DNA from: Candidatus Methanomethylicaceae archaeon GD_Cm_T35_P0_bin.15
Lineage (GTDB): Archaea > Thermoproteota > Methanomethylicia > Methanomethylicales > Methanomethylicaceae
NCBI GenBank assembly: GCA_038801785.1
Contig: JAULTD010000001.1
Location: forward strand, 41,069 to 105,068
DNA length: 64,000 nucleotides
Reading direction: 5' to 3'
Shown here: positions 1 to 9,004 of the stretch, one piece after another
How positions within the stretch are numbered: the first letter of the stretch is position 1
Layout: each line of letters opens with the position of its first letter
Made by a program: the position numbers and the translations under genes
Notes under the pieces: model-generated
Seen by the model: only the letters and a program-made list of their open reading frames with translations
What the model was told of the DNA's origin: nothing
Database searches by the model: none

Positions 1-809
1 TCGACGCTGCGATCAGTCCCGGCCATATACCCCGTGTAATATTTCATCATTGCGTAGACTAGGACCGTCTGATCTTCACAGTCGCCGCTCTTGAGCCTGA
101 GGGTCAGATCGGGGGATTGGACATAGTTCTGGATGTTCACGATATCGTCCAGGAAACCGGTCACATAGTCGTGCCCGCCATATGTCCGGATCTGGTAGTC
201 GGAGATGTATGGCATCTCGATATCGTAGGCGTACTTTATGTTATCGGTCACGTAGCGGTATATCCCCTGGTAGGCATCCCACTCATCGGAGGAGCCCGAC
301 GTAGCCGAGAGGACGGCGTCGCGGGTCCTCTTTACCGCCTCATCGTTGAGAACGCGCGGAAAAGCATCAGGTGCAAATGCATATGACAGCAGGAGCGCCC
401 TCAGCTTCTGGACCTCTTTGCTCAGGTTCAGGTAATCTTGGAGGATCTGTTCATCGGGCATCGCGGAAGGGGGGTCGCTGCTGCTCGAGTCGGGGTGCGG
501 CGGCACATCAATCTGGAGGCGGTCCGTGTCGAGCGGTGAGAGGTCTGAAGAAACGGAAGGCAGGCTGGAGTTCAGCTGCGGGTAGCCGGGGCTGACCAAG
601 GCAAGTTGCCCCCTAAGCGCCGCGTTCTCCGCCATCGCCGCCGCGAGGTCTGCGCTCGTCCTAGACACGTCTTCGCTCTGCAGAGCCGTTCCCGCAGGGC
701 GGCCGAGAAGAGACGCACCGGCGTACCCTGCTGCCGCTCCCGCGATAACGAGGGCTATGGCGAGCATCACCATGGCAGACTTGGGAGACACCTGCTGCAC
801 CGGCTTCAT
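1..809 (-). CDS. Membrane-anchored transglutaminase-like (cysteine-protease fold) protein, partial; C-terminus lies beyond the window start
   Basis: Absent from the ORF track because there is no stop inside the window. My translation from the ATG at 809 gives MKPVQQVSPKSAMVMLAIALVIAGAAAGYAG (TM anchor) ... RLKSGDCEDQTVLVYAMMKYY (G-D-C-x-D transglutaminase-core-like motif). The frame stays open to base 1. Confidence 0.6.
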   Translation of the reverse strand, partial: MKPVQQVSPKSAMVMLAIALVIAGAAAGYAGASLLGRPAGTALQSEDVSRTSADLAAAMAENAALRGQLALVSPGYPQLNSSLPSVSSDLSPLDTDRLQIDVPPHPDSSSSDPPSAMPDEQILQDYLNLSKEVQKLRALLLSYAFAPDAFPRVLNDEAVKRTRDAVLSATSGSSDEWDAYQGIYRYVTDNIKYAYDIEMPYISDYQIRTYGGHDYVTGFLDDIVNIQNYVQSPDLTLRLKSGDCEDQTVLVYAMMKYYTGYMAGTDRSV

Positions 810-947
810 GGTCTGCGCCCTTATCGTATATAATGGTTGGGATTTCCATAGATGATGATTCCTTCTTTATGGCAGGGTTATGAAAAGAGCCCGCCGGGCT
901 TTCCCGGTCAGGTGGTGCCTTGTTTGATCATTGGTCATAATGATCTT

Positions 948-1607
948 TCAGAGTATGCCAGTATCGTTGAGCAGGGAGTACATAAACGGCATCAGAGCCC
1001 CCAGAACGAAGCCGATGAGGTGGGCAGACAGGTTGACGGCGCCCCCCTTCGCGAACGGCGCCTGGAATACAATCAGAGATGCCCCGGTTATGAAGAGTAT
1101 CAGGAATATGGCTGCCGACGGCGTGACGGCCTTGAAGGACTTGACGAAATCACTCACCGCGTATGCAGAGTAGCCCAGGTATCCCCATCCTATTGCTGAA
1201 AAACCCATTGAGAGGATCCTGATCGACAAGTGTCCCAGAATGCTGACGGTATACCAAGAGACGACGAATGGGAGGATCATCATAAGGATGAGGGAGACGC
1301 TGCGGAAGAGTTTCCGATTCCTCTCGAAAGGGAATATGAAGGCGAGAGCTATCATGTAGCCAGCTATGTTCTCTTTTAGATGCCAGTCGGAGAGATGGGT
1401 AAAGTTGGAGAGGAAGGCGCTCACCGGCGTGGGATCCTTGGTATTGAGGACCATCAGATATTTCAGCTCGGGCGGCAGGAGGAAGATGGCTGTAAGGGCG
1501 AGCGGAACAACGCCGGCGAAGAATATGCAGTCGATCCGGAAGCTCTTCAGGTTGGAGTAGACCGTTTGGAATAGGCTGAACGGCCTGTCGAGTGGTCCGT
1601 CGGTCAT
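948..1607 (-). CDS. Rhomboid-family intramembrane serine protease
   Basis: Multi-TM protein with the three rhomboid signatures in order: FTHLSDWHLKEN (H..H..N), GFSAIGWGYLG (GxSx catalytic Ser) and SAHLIGFVLG (catalytic His). Confidence 0.7.
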   Translation of the reverse strand: MTDGPLDRPFSLFQTVYSNLKSFRIDCIFFAGVVPLALTAIFLLPPELKYLMVLNTKDPTPVSAFLSNFTHLSDWHLKENIAGYMIALAFIFPFERNRKLFRSVSLILMMILPFVVSWYTVSILGHLSIRILSMGFSAIGWGYLGYSAYAVSDFVKSFKAVTPSAAIFLILFITGASLIVFQAPFAKGGAVNLSAHLIGFVLGALMPFMYSLLNDTGIL

Positions 1608-1770
1608 ATCGCCGTTCTCTGACTCTATTTCCTTGAGCCCCTTAATATTTGATGGGTCAAACTAGACGTTGGCCAAGGCACTGCATGACAAGGGCAGGGC
1701 ATGCGAGAGGGCTCTCGGGGATTGGTCGCCGCCCCATCAGGACCCCATCGACCGCCAACAGGGCAGGGGA

Positions 1771-2292
1771 TCAGATCCCCTGGGGCGTTGCCACAGGTTC
1801 GGCGGTCATCTCCCTGAACATCTGAAGGACCCTCACAGCCTCCTCCTCTGCCCCGACCTCACTCTTTGTTGTCTTGCCGAGGTACTGCCTGAGGTGGGCC
1901 ACCTCATGGGCGAAGACCGTGACCAAGCATTCCTTCCAGGAGTTCAGGACGTAGTGTGGCGCGGTCTTATAGCGGGCATAGTGCCCCCTCATGGGGTAGT
2001 GATCGGCTATGCCGAGGGTTATGAGGAAGCGCTTGTGCGAGAGGTAGTGGCGGTGCCCGTACCCTCTCGTGAACCACTGTTGGTGCGCCTCAAAGTATAT
2101 CCTGCCGCGGTAACCGCACCTGCAGTTCTTTATGTGTACTTCCACGTCGCCGCGGGCCTCGATCGGTATCTCCACAAAGTTGAGGGTGTCAACGATCTCC
2201 TCGTTCGGGTAGATTGAGGTGTTGACTATCTCGAGTGGGACGAGGGTGCCAGAGAAGGAGAGGAAGGGGAGCTTCGCCCGCATCGGAATCAC
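1771..2292 (-). CDS. Hypothetical protein with HExxH zinc-metallopeptidase-like motif
   Basis: 173-aa ORF with a FAHEVAHLRQY (HExxH) motif near the C-terminus. No other recognisable family signature. Confidence 0.45.
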   Translation of the reverse strand: MIPMRAKLPFLSFSGTLVPLEIVNTSIYPNEEIVDTLNFVEIPIEARGDVEVHIKNCRCGYRGRIYFEAHQQWFTRGYGHRHYLSHKRFLITLGIADHYPMRGHYARYKTAPHYVLNSWKECLVTVFAHEVAHLRQYLGKTTKSEVGAEEEAVRVLQMFREMTAEPVATPQGI

Positions 2293-2557
2293 ACCTCTCC
2301 CTAATGGCGCGCAGGGGGTATATTATGCCTGCTTGACTCGACCGATTAAAAAACTCACGGGGGGAGGCTGTACCGGACTTTGTGGTTCACACGGTCGAGC
2401 GTAAGAGCGGGCATCCCGGCATCCCATGAACCGGGCATACAGGCAAATGGTTTTATAGATCATCAGCAGTATGCGTCTCCAGTTGGTTCGATGCCTTACA
2501 AGATAATGATGAAGCGATCCAAAGTCTTGGGGACAGAGTAACGGGGGCATACCTCCC

Positions 2558-3364
2558 TTGCTTAAGCGGCTTGGAGCGGTCTTCATTCTCGCGTATGTGT
2601 TTGTCATTGCGATCCTTGCGGCCTCGGGCGTGAGGACCATAGTGGGAACTCCCTTCATCGTCTTCGCCCTCAACGCGATCCTTGTCCCGATCGCGTCGTT
2701 CACCGTGGCATATCTCTCTGCCAAGAGCTTTCTAAGCGACGGGAGCCTCCCCCTGCTTTACCTGGGCAGCGGAGTGCTGGCGTTCGGGCTGGTGAGCCTT
2801 GTCTCCAGCTGGACTGTTTACTTTCCGGGCGAGATGAACGTCTCGGTAACCGTGTACTGTGTCGGGGCTTTTGTGGCCTCGATCCTCCACCTCGTGAGCG
2901 GGTTCCAAGCGCTGTCGGGCATAAATGTGGTCATCAGGTACAAGAAGCTCAGCGTTGCAGTCTTCTACTCGGCGGTCATGGGTCTTGTGGCTCTGATAAC
3001 TGTGAGGGCGATCCAGGGCGCACTCCCAATCTTCTTCATCGAGGGGTTTGGGCTAATGCCCGCGCAGAGGATGGTCATAGGCATAGCCATAGGGATCTTC
3101 ATGGTCGCCTCGTTCATATTCATGAAGCTTTACCAAGAGTCAAAGTGCCACATCCAGTACTGGTATGCTCTAGCCCTCGCGGTAGTTGCGGTAGGGCTCT
3201 TCGCGGTCTTCATCGCGAGGAACCCGGGCGAGCCGCTTGCATTGTCCGGAGAGACAGCGCAGTATATCGCAGGGATATATTTCCTTGTGGCGGCCTATGC
3301 GGCCATAAGCGGATCCAAGAAGAAGATGCGGCGCCTCAAGATGCGAACACGGCGAGTGCTCTAG
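2558..3364 (+). CDS. Polytopic membrane protein of unknown function
   Basis: 268-aa ORF with a TTG start, about 7-8 hydrophobic helices and a basic C-terminal tail (KKKMRRLKMRTRR). Confidence 0.55.
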   Translation: MLKRLGAVFILAYVFVIAILAASGVRTIVGTPFIVFALNAILVPIASFTVAYLSAKSFLSDGSLPLLYLGSGVLAFGLVSLVSSWTVYFPGEMNVSVTVYCVGAFVASILHLVSGFQALSGINVVIRYKKLSVAVFYSAVMGLVALITVRAIQGALPIFFIEGFGLMPAQRMVIGIAIGIFMVASFIFMKLYQESKCHIQYWYALALAVVAVGLFAVFIARNPGEPLALSGETAQYIAGIYFLVAAYAAISGSKKKMRRLKMRTRRVL

Positions 3365-3490
3365 CCCAGGCAGCAGAGAGTGGACGCGAACCGGGCAGAG
3401 CGATGCTGCGAGCGCAACCTTTGGCAAGATGTAAAGACGGGGGATCATCAGAGACGTCCGAACCCCTTGCATACCGTCGGAGGTGCCGGG

Positions 3491-4015
3491 TCAAATCATA
3501 CATCTGGCCCTCCAGGCGTTTATTGATCTCTTCAAAGCGCCTGTCGGGGGCGTTGGGCTGATCTCAGCCAGACTCTCATGGGCTACACGGGAGTGGTTGA
3601 TCTCTTCTTCGTTGATGTGCGGCTTGATCTCCCCGAAGACCTTCACCATTGCGCGGAAACATCCATCGTCTTTGGGATTCGAGGCAGTCCCGCTGAACAC
3701 CACCTCTGCGATGTAGTGCCCATAGGCTCATGAGAAGCGCATCCCGCGGCTCCGTTGTCGCGCAGGGCAGGATAAAGCATCGGCTCTTCAGCCTTCTGGT
3801 GGGCGGTCAGCTCCCTCCTTTAGTTTGCCGAACTTGCTCTCTGGACTACGGCGCTAGCCCCTGCCGTGGCAGCCGCAGCCTGAGCGCCGGGCTCCACCTC
3901 GGGGACGCATGCAAGCCTATTAGTGATGCTTGCGTCTTCCTCCTTCAGCCTGTCGAAGATGCCCGCCTATGGTCACCGGGGCACCGGGACGATCTCTTTG
4001 ATTACCTGTACGCAT
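3491..4015 (-). pseudogene. Hemerythrin HHE cation-binding-domain gene disrupted by frameshifts and stops
   Basis: Minus-strand fragments in different frames resemble HHE-domain proteins: ELTAHQKAEEPMLYPALRD and HYIAEVVFSGTASNPKDDGCFRAMVKVFGEIKPHINEEE. They are separated by TGA and TAA stops, and no single intact ORF exists. Confidence 0.4.
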
Positions 4016-4223
4016 ATCTTTTAGATACATAAATTTTTACGCGGTTTAACCCTGCATAAGTTAAAGCGTTATGTTTAAGGTAAATTAAGCGTAGGGATCT
4101 ATAACTAAAAAAGGTCAGGCAAAGACGATGGGCGGTAGGCTTCAGCCAAACTGCCTAGTATGCCGCACATTTCTTGCCCTGATCACCTCGAAGACCACCC
4201 TCTCAGGCCTCGTGCAGAACACT

Positions 4224-5444
4224 TCACATACCCTCCCCGTGAGGCGTCCTCTCCCAGATCGCCGAACCCCTGATGGCTTTCACTAGCCCGACCGGCGCTA
4301 CGATGAGCCAGAGGGACATGAGGAGGTAGAAGGGAATCATGCCTTTGATGAATCCACGGTCACCCTCGATCCAAGACGTGGCGAAGAAGAGGATCAGGAA
4401 GATCGATGAGAGCAGTGCGGAGTAGAATAGGGGGACGGGCACGTAGGAGACGATCTCAAGCATGTAGAGCAGTGAGACGATGCCGGAGAAGATGGTGACG
4501 AAGGGGGAGGTGATGTTGGTCAGGTAAAAGAGGGCATCCAGCGAGAGCCTAGAAGGCCGCCTGAGGAGGTCGGAGCCATATTTGAAGAATGTCTGGAAGT
4601 GCCCAGCGGCCCACCTGATGCGCCGCTTCACCTCGACCCGCGCCCTATTGGGCTTCTCGTCGAACGTTGCGGGATACGCAGTGTACTTCACTTTCAGGCC
4701 CTTCAGGGCAAGACGTATGGTGAGGTCGAGGTCGTCCGTCAGGGAGTTGCCAAATTTCAGGTCTCGGATTAGATCGTACCTTATAGCTTCACCAGTGCCG
4801 GAGAGAGCATTGCAGAGCCCCAAGCGATCCTTCCCTTCCTGCCAGAGCCGCTGGAGCGTCAGTGCCTCGTAGTAGCTTGACCTCGCCAGAAGGGAGGAGG
4901 AGGGATTCTTAGTCTTGACGTTGCACTGTATGGCGGGATAGTTGTTAATGCATACGGTAGAGAGGGCCTTGAGAAAGTCCGCGGGCACCAAATTATCAGC
5001 ATCGAAGACGACGACATAGTCTGGCTCGAAGCCATCAAGGAAGACCTGAAGGTTCTCAAGGGTATAGTCCAATGCCGCTCCCTTCCCCCGGATGTCCGAA
5101 TGCCGGGCGATGCACTTCAGGGAAGTGCACTCATGGCGCTTCACTATGTCCTCGGTTCCATCGCTGCAGTTGTCAGCGATGACTATAGTCCGGAAGAGGT
5201 CGGCGGGATAGTCCTGTGCTATGAGGTCTCTGCAGATATCGCCTATTACGCGTTCCTCGTTATGGGCCGGAACGAGGACGGCAAATCTGGTTGATGGCTT
5301 CCAGCTCTGGAGGGCTACCTGAGCATCCCTTTTCCTCCTTACAGAAGCGGCGAAGAGTGAGACATAGTAAATGGAGATGGCAGTGAAGAACGCTGCCAAG
5401 GCGTTGGTTATAGGAGTGATGTCCATTTCCCGGCCTCCGTCCAT
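4224..5444 (-). CDS. Family 2 glycosyltransferase, membrane-integrated, processive type (cellulose/chitin-synthase-like)
   Basis: VLVPAHNEE, FDADN (DxD) and RRIRWAAGHFQ (Q/RxxRW) motifs. One N-terminal TM and several C-terminal TMs. Confidence 0.85.
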   Translation of the reverse strand: MDGGREMDITPITNALAAFFTAISIYYVSLFAASVRRKRDAQVALQSWKPSTRFAVLVPAHNEERVIGDICRDLIAQDYPADLFRTIVIADNCSDGTEDIVKRHECTSLKCIARHSDIRGKGAALDYTLENLQVFLDGFEPDYVVVFDADNLVPADFLKALSTVCINNYPAIQCNVKTKNPSSSLLARSSYYEALTLQRLWQEGKDRLGLCNALSGTGEAIRYDLIRDLKFGNSLTDDLDLTIRLALKGLKVKYTAYPATFDEKPNRARVEVKRRIRWAAGHFQTFFKYGSDLLRRPSRLSLDALFYLTNITSPFVTIFSGIVSLLYMLEIVSYVPVPLFYSALLSSIFLILFFATSWIEGDRGFIKGMIPFYLLMSLWLIVAPVGLVKAIRGSAIWERTPHGEGM

Positions 5445-5829
5445 GCAATCATCGGCGTACCTCTCTGTTCCATGCGGATACGCTCTCGAGAGTGACTGCT
5501 TACGACATCACATAATCCTATAGTTTAGAACGAGATGTTCGAAGGCGTAGAACTCAATTCGAGGATTAGAATGCCCGCCGCTGGCAGAAGACGGATGTGA
5601 TATATATCCCGTGCCAGCGTTCGGTATGCCTTGGGTTTGCGGTGCGCTCGGGTAGCCCTTCGAACTGTGAGCTGCCCGCCAGAAACACGGCCGCCTGCAG
5701 GCGCTAGCCCCTGCCGGAAATGCCGGCTCGAGGGCCAGCGGGGACCGTTGCGCAACTTTGGGCCAACCCATTAAGCCGGTCGATCGTGGAGCTGGATGCC
5801 CGGTAGGGGGACGCCCCGGTGGGGGCAGT

Positions 5830-7110
5830 TTACATGATGCGGAGAGGGCGCATTTCCTCTAGGCGTGCAGTATTGAGCGCGGGAGCTGAAGGGGCCCTGT
5901 GGATGACGGCGGGGGATGCTGCATCGGGCTTTGATCCACTCCGCGAGCCGGTACGGTGGAAGAGCGAGTAGAATACCATCAGGTAGACGGCGTAGATCGC
6001 GGCAGTCGCATAGAGGGGCGAATTGAGCGAAACGTCAAACATACTGCCTCCGACTTGGGTCGCCAGAGAGTTGGGCAGCCTCCAGGTGGTCCCTGCCAGA
6101 GCGTTGACTGTTCCCCTCTCCTCTTCCCGAGCAATGTTCATTGTGAAAGTCGTCATGATAGGTCCGGACATGTTGACGAGTATCTGCCGCAGCACGAAGA
6201 AGACCGAAGCCTCGAAGAAGTTCATGCTCAGGGCCACCATAATGAGGAGGGGTATGGACGCCAGCTGTGGGAGGATGAGAGCCCTCAGCCCCCCTACCCT
6301 CCGCGAGATTGAGGGCACCAGAAACATGAACGGCACAGCGATGAAGCAGACTGCGGCGTTAAGAGTCCCTATAGGCCCCGACTCGATGAGGAACTTTCTG
6401 CCGAAGTAGTACGTGAGCATGGGTATCGAGAGCCCTGTGCCGAACCCGATCATGGCCTGCGTCAACGTCAGCTTCGCCACCGATCCACCTAGCCTAAAGG
6501 CAGGACCGCTCTTCCTTGGCGGCGCCCTTGTCCGCCCCACCTTCGTTATGAGAAAGATCGCGAGTAGACCTGCAGGAATCATCCAGCTCATGCTAAGGAG
6601 ATAGGACTCAGAGTATCCGAGACCGCTCGCGGCAAGGATCTCTGGCATCCAGCACATCAGCGAGCTGATCCCGCACATCGAACTGGTTATTATCGCTTGG
6701 ACTGTGTAGACGGCCTCCATCTGATCCCTGCTTACACGGTCAGCGATCGTTGAGTTGATGGACGGACCGTACATTGCCGTGCCCGCACCCCATAAGCAGG
6801 CTGAGATCAGGAGGGAGGAGAAGGCCTTGGCGAGGAACGTGTTTGCGAGCCCTATCACCATCAAAGCGGTTCCGAAGCCCAGAAGACCCCGGCGGTCGAG
6901 CCGATCGGAGAGTATACCGGACGGAAACAGCAGAATAGAGCTGGACAGGCCTAAAACTAGCATGAATGTGCCGATGCTGGAGCCGGCACAGCCTACAGAT
7001 TTGAGGTAGAGCTGGAGGACGGTGTACAGGAACCCTTCCATAAGAGAGACTATGGCGATTACTGCGAGCAGCAGCCTCACGTCCTTGCCGAGAGCCAGAG
7101 ACGACAGCAT
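5830..7110 (-). CDS. MFS transporter
   Basis: About 12 TM helices. MFS motif A-like GILSDRLDRRGLLGFG lies between TM2 and TM3. Confidence 0.8.
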   Translation of the reverse strand: MLSSLALGKDVRLLLAVIAIVSLMEGFLYTVLQLYLKSVGCAGSSIGTFMLVLGLSSSILLFPSGILSDRLDRRGLLGFGTALMVIGLANTFLAKAFSSLLISACLWGAGTAMYGPSINSTIADRVSRDQMEAVYTVQAIITSSMCGISSLMCWMPEILAASGLGYSESYLLSMSWMIPAGLLAIFLITKVGRTRAPPRKSGPAFRLGGSVAKLTLTQAMIGFGTGLSIPMLTYYFGRKFLIESGPIGTLNAAVCFIAVPFMFLVPSISRRVGGLRALILPQLASIPLLIMVALSMNFFEASVFFVLRQILVNMSGPIMTTFTMNIAREEERGTVNALAGTTWRLPNSLATQVGGSMFDVSLNSPLYATAAIYAVYLMVFYSLFHRTGSRSGSKPDAASPAVIHRAPSAPALNTARLEEMRPLRIM

Positions 7111-7290
7111 CGGTATAACCTGCCGAAACTCCGACTCGCAGATTGCATGGTTAATTTAACCATTGTTCTCTTGGAATTTGATCTTTCTACACATCAGGGG
7201 ATCGGCTAATCCTTGGTGGGGGTTGCGGTCACTATCAAACCTGCATTAGTTTGAAGCTCACCGCGACCTTCTTCGTACTGCCTCGGCTAA

Positions 7291-7563
7291 ATGAGGTTAC
7301 GCAAGATATTAGCAGGCATGCCTAAGATGTGCGTGGGGATGCATGTGTCAAGAGAGAGGCGGAGTGGAGAGGGAAGGCCTACGCCAGCGCAGGTCCAGCA
7401 TTATCTCAAGGGAGCCACCTATCCCAAGAACAGGCAGGAGCTTGTCGATCAGGCCAAGAAGAATAATGCGCCGAGTGATGTTGTGTCGCTACTTAGCAGG
7501 ATAGACGACAGGCAGTACAGAAGTCCAGCGGAAGTGTCCAGCAGCCTCGGAAAGGTTGAGTGA
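7291..7563 (+). CDS. DUF2795-domain small protein
   Basis: QVQHYLKGATYPKNRQELVDQAKKNNAPSDVVSLLSRIDDRQYRSPAEV matches the DUF2795 pattern. The true start may be an internal ATG (about 7339). Confidence 0.7.
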   Translation: MRLRKILAGMPKMCVGMHVSRERRSGEGRPTPAQVQHYLKGATYPKNRQELVDQAKKNNAPSDVVSLLSRIDDRQYRSPAEVSSSLGKVE

Positions 7564-7593
7564 GCTGTCTGCCGCCCTGCCAATGGATCAGTT

Positions 7594-7624
7594 ACGGGCG
7601 ATGGGCTCAGTCGCCCGTTTTTTT
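7594..7624 (+). terminator. Hairpin plus T7 tract downstream of the DUF2795 gene
   Basis: acgggcga (7594-7601) pairs with tcgcccgt (7611-7618), followed by ttttttt. Confidence 0.55.
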
Positions 7625-7689
7625 ACGTGAGGTTGGCCGATCAAAGGTTCGCCGGGGACCCTCCGCGAGGCGGGCATCCTACAGTGTAT

Positions 7690-7979
7690 CATTATAAGTG
7701 TATTATTGTTGTTCAGACATATAAACAATAAATATATATCTTTAGATATAAAAATTAAATTATATGTGCCATTTATGGAGAAAAGGATCATAATATAAAT
7801 AATCTATATTTTATAGATATAATTTTCCTATACTTAGGATAATTTTCAACACTAATTTTGTTTATTTTCCTGTTTAACTATTTTAATATGATATTTTTCC
7901 ATGGCGACCGACCGACGTTGTTCGTGTGATAATGCTTTTTAGTATTTCACGGTTACATTTACCAGTCCGGGGATAGCAA
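7690..7979 (+). promoter_or_regulatory. About 290-bp strongly AT-rich upstream region of the motility cluster
   Basis: The sequence switches abruptly from G+C-rich to mostly A/T with many TATA-like runs, immediately 5' of the wHTH regulator gene. Confidence 0.4.
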
Positions 7980-8957
7980 TTGTCTACATATGGGGTTCTT
8001 AGTGAGGGAATGGATAAGTTACGAAGTATAGATAGGCTAATAGATATCTCAAAAAGTACTATTCAGATCGATATTCTGCTAACCCTCAGCAGGGGCGAGA
8101 TGACCTCTGCGGAGATAGCCAAGGAGATATGCCAGAGGAGGAAGGCAATTACTGACGCCATGCGCAAGTTACGGGTAAAGGGTCTGGTAGACGAGGTTAC
8201 GGAGGAGGGCGCAGGGAAGAGTGCGAGATATGCGCTCACCGCAGCCGGACATGGTTGTCTCAATACGCTCCTCAACCTCACGCATCCAAACAGCGATCAA
8301 AAGGTATCAGTGTCAGGGACCACGCAGGACATACGCAGGGCGGTGAGCGACCCCTGGTCTAAAGACCGCATACCTCTGCCTGGCCAGCACCCTTCCCCAG
8401 GTGGCACCATACAGACGATCGATGTCAGCAGTTTCCCAATAGCGGCAATAACATCCGAGCTGGTCATGGTGCTGGGATCAGAAAGGGGGAATGTTATGTC
8501 CAGCAGGCGTCTTGCACGAACCGTGGGTCTAAGTGAACAGAGGCTTGAGAGCTATCTGGAGGTTTATCTGAACGGGACGCCGAAACTGTTCCGACAGTAT
8601 ATGGATCGCCCCGCCTGGGCAAAGGTTTTGTCCAAGCTCGGACTGAAGTCGGGTACGAGAAAGATGGAGACCTACTACGGCCTCACGAGCGAAGGCCTAC
8701 AGTACTACTATAGGCTCCCGTCCTACTCAAAATTGAAGAATTCGCTCTCCTACAGGGTATTGAGCAGACTGGTCGGAACGACGCATCCGAAAGCGATGTT
8801 CAAACGGCTTACCCTTATGCTGTGCCTCGGGGGGATAGTCTCTGTGGAATTATTGTTAATCCCGTTCGGCTACATCACTACAAGTCTATGGCTATTCGCT
8901 ACGGTATTTGTGGGAGGCGTAACTCTCCTCGACGCATTTCTATACAACGCGCTCTAG
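7980..8957 (+). CDS. Membrane-tethered winged-helix transcription regulator (two wHTH-like segments plus C-terminal TM hairpin)
   Basis: MarR/ArsR-like DILLTLSRGEMTSAEIAKEICQRRKAITDAMRKLRVKGLV. Second wHTH-like segment MSSRRLARTVGLSEQRLESYL. C-terminal hydrophobic LTLMLCLGGIVSVELLLIPFGYITTSLWLFATVFVGGVTLL. Start is TTG 7980 or ATG 8010. Confidence 0.65.
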   Translation: MSTYGVLSEGMDKLRSIDRLIDISKSTIQIDILLTLSRGEMTSAEIAKEICQRRKAITDAMRKLRVKGLVDEVTEEGAGKSARYALTAAGHGCLNTLLNLTHPNSDQKVSVSGTTQDIRRAVSDPWSKDRIPLPGQHPSPGGTIQTIDVSSFPIAAITSELVMVLGSERGNVMSSRRLARTVGLSEQRLESYLEVYLNGTPKLFRQYMDRPAWAKVLSKLGLKSGTRKMETYYGLTSEGLQYYYRLPSYSKLKNSLSYRVLSRLVGTTHPKAMFKRLTLMLCLGGIVSVELLLIPFGYITTSLWLFATVFVGGVTLLDAFLYNAL

Positions 8958-9004
8958 TCGGTCTACGGTAAGCCGCTCCATCCGGCAGCGAGAGGACGCG
9001 ATCG

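Noticed and set aside
3850-5716. Exact 17-mer GGCGCTAGCCCCTGCCG at 3850-3866 and 5700-5716, flanking the GT2 gene; considered as target-site or IS-like repeats
   Set aside because: Identity does not extend beyond 17 nt. My rough estimate is that one such chance match in a G+C-rich 64-kb window is not improbable (order 0.1-0.3). No transposase or inverted repeats are present.
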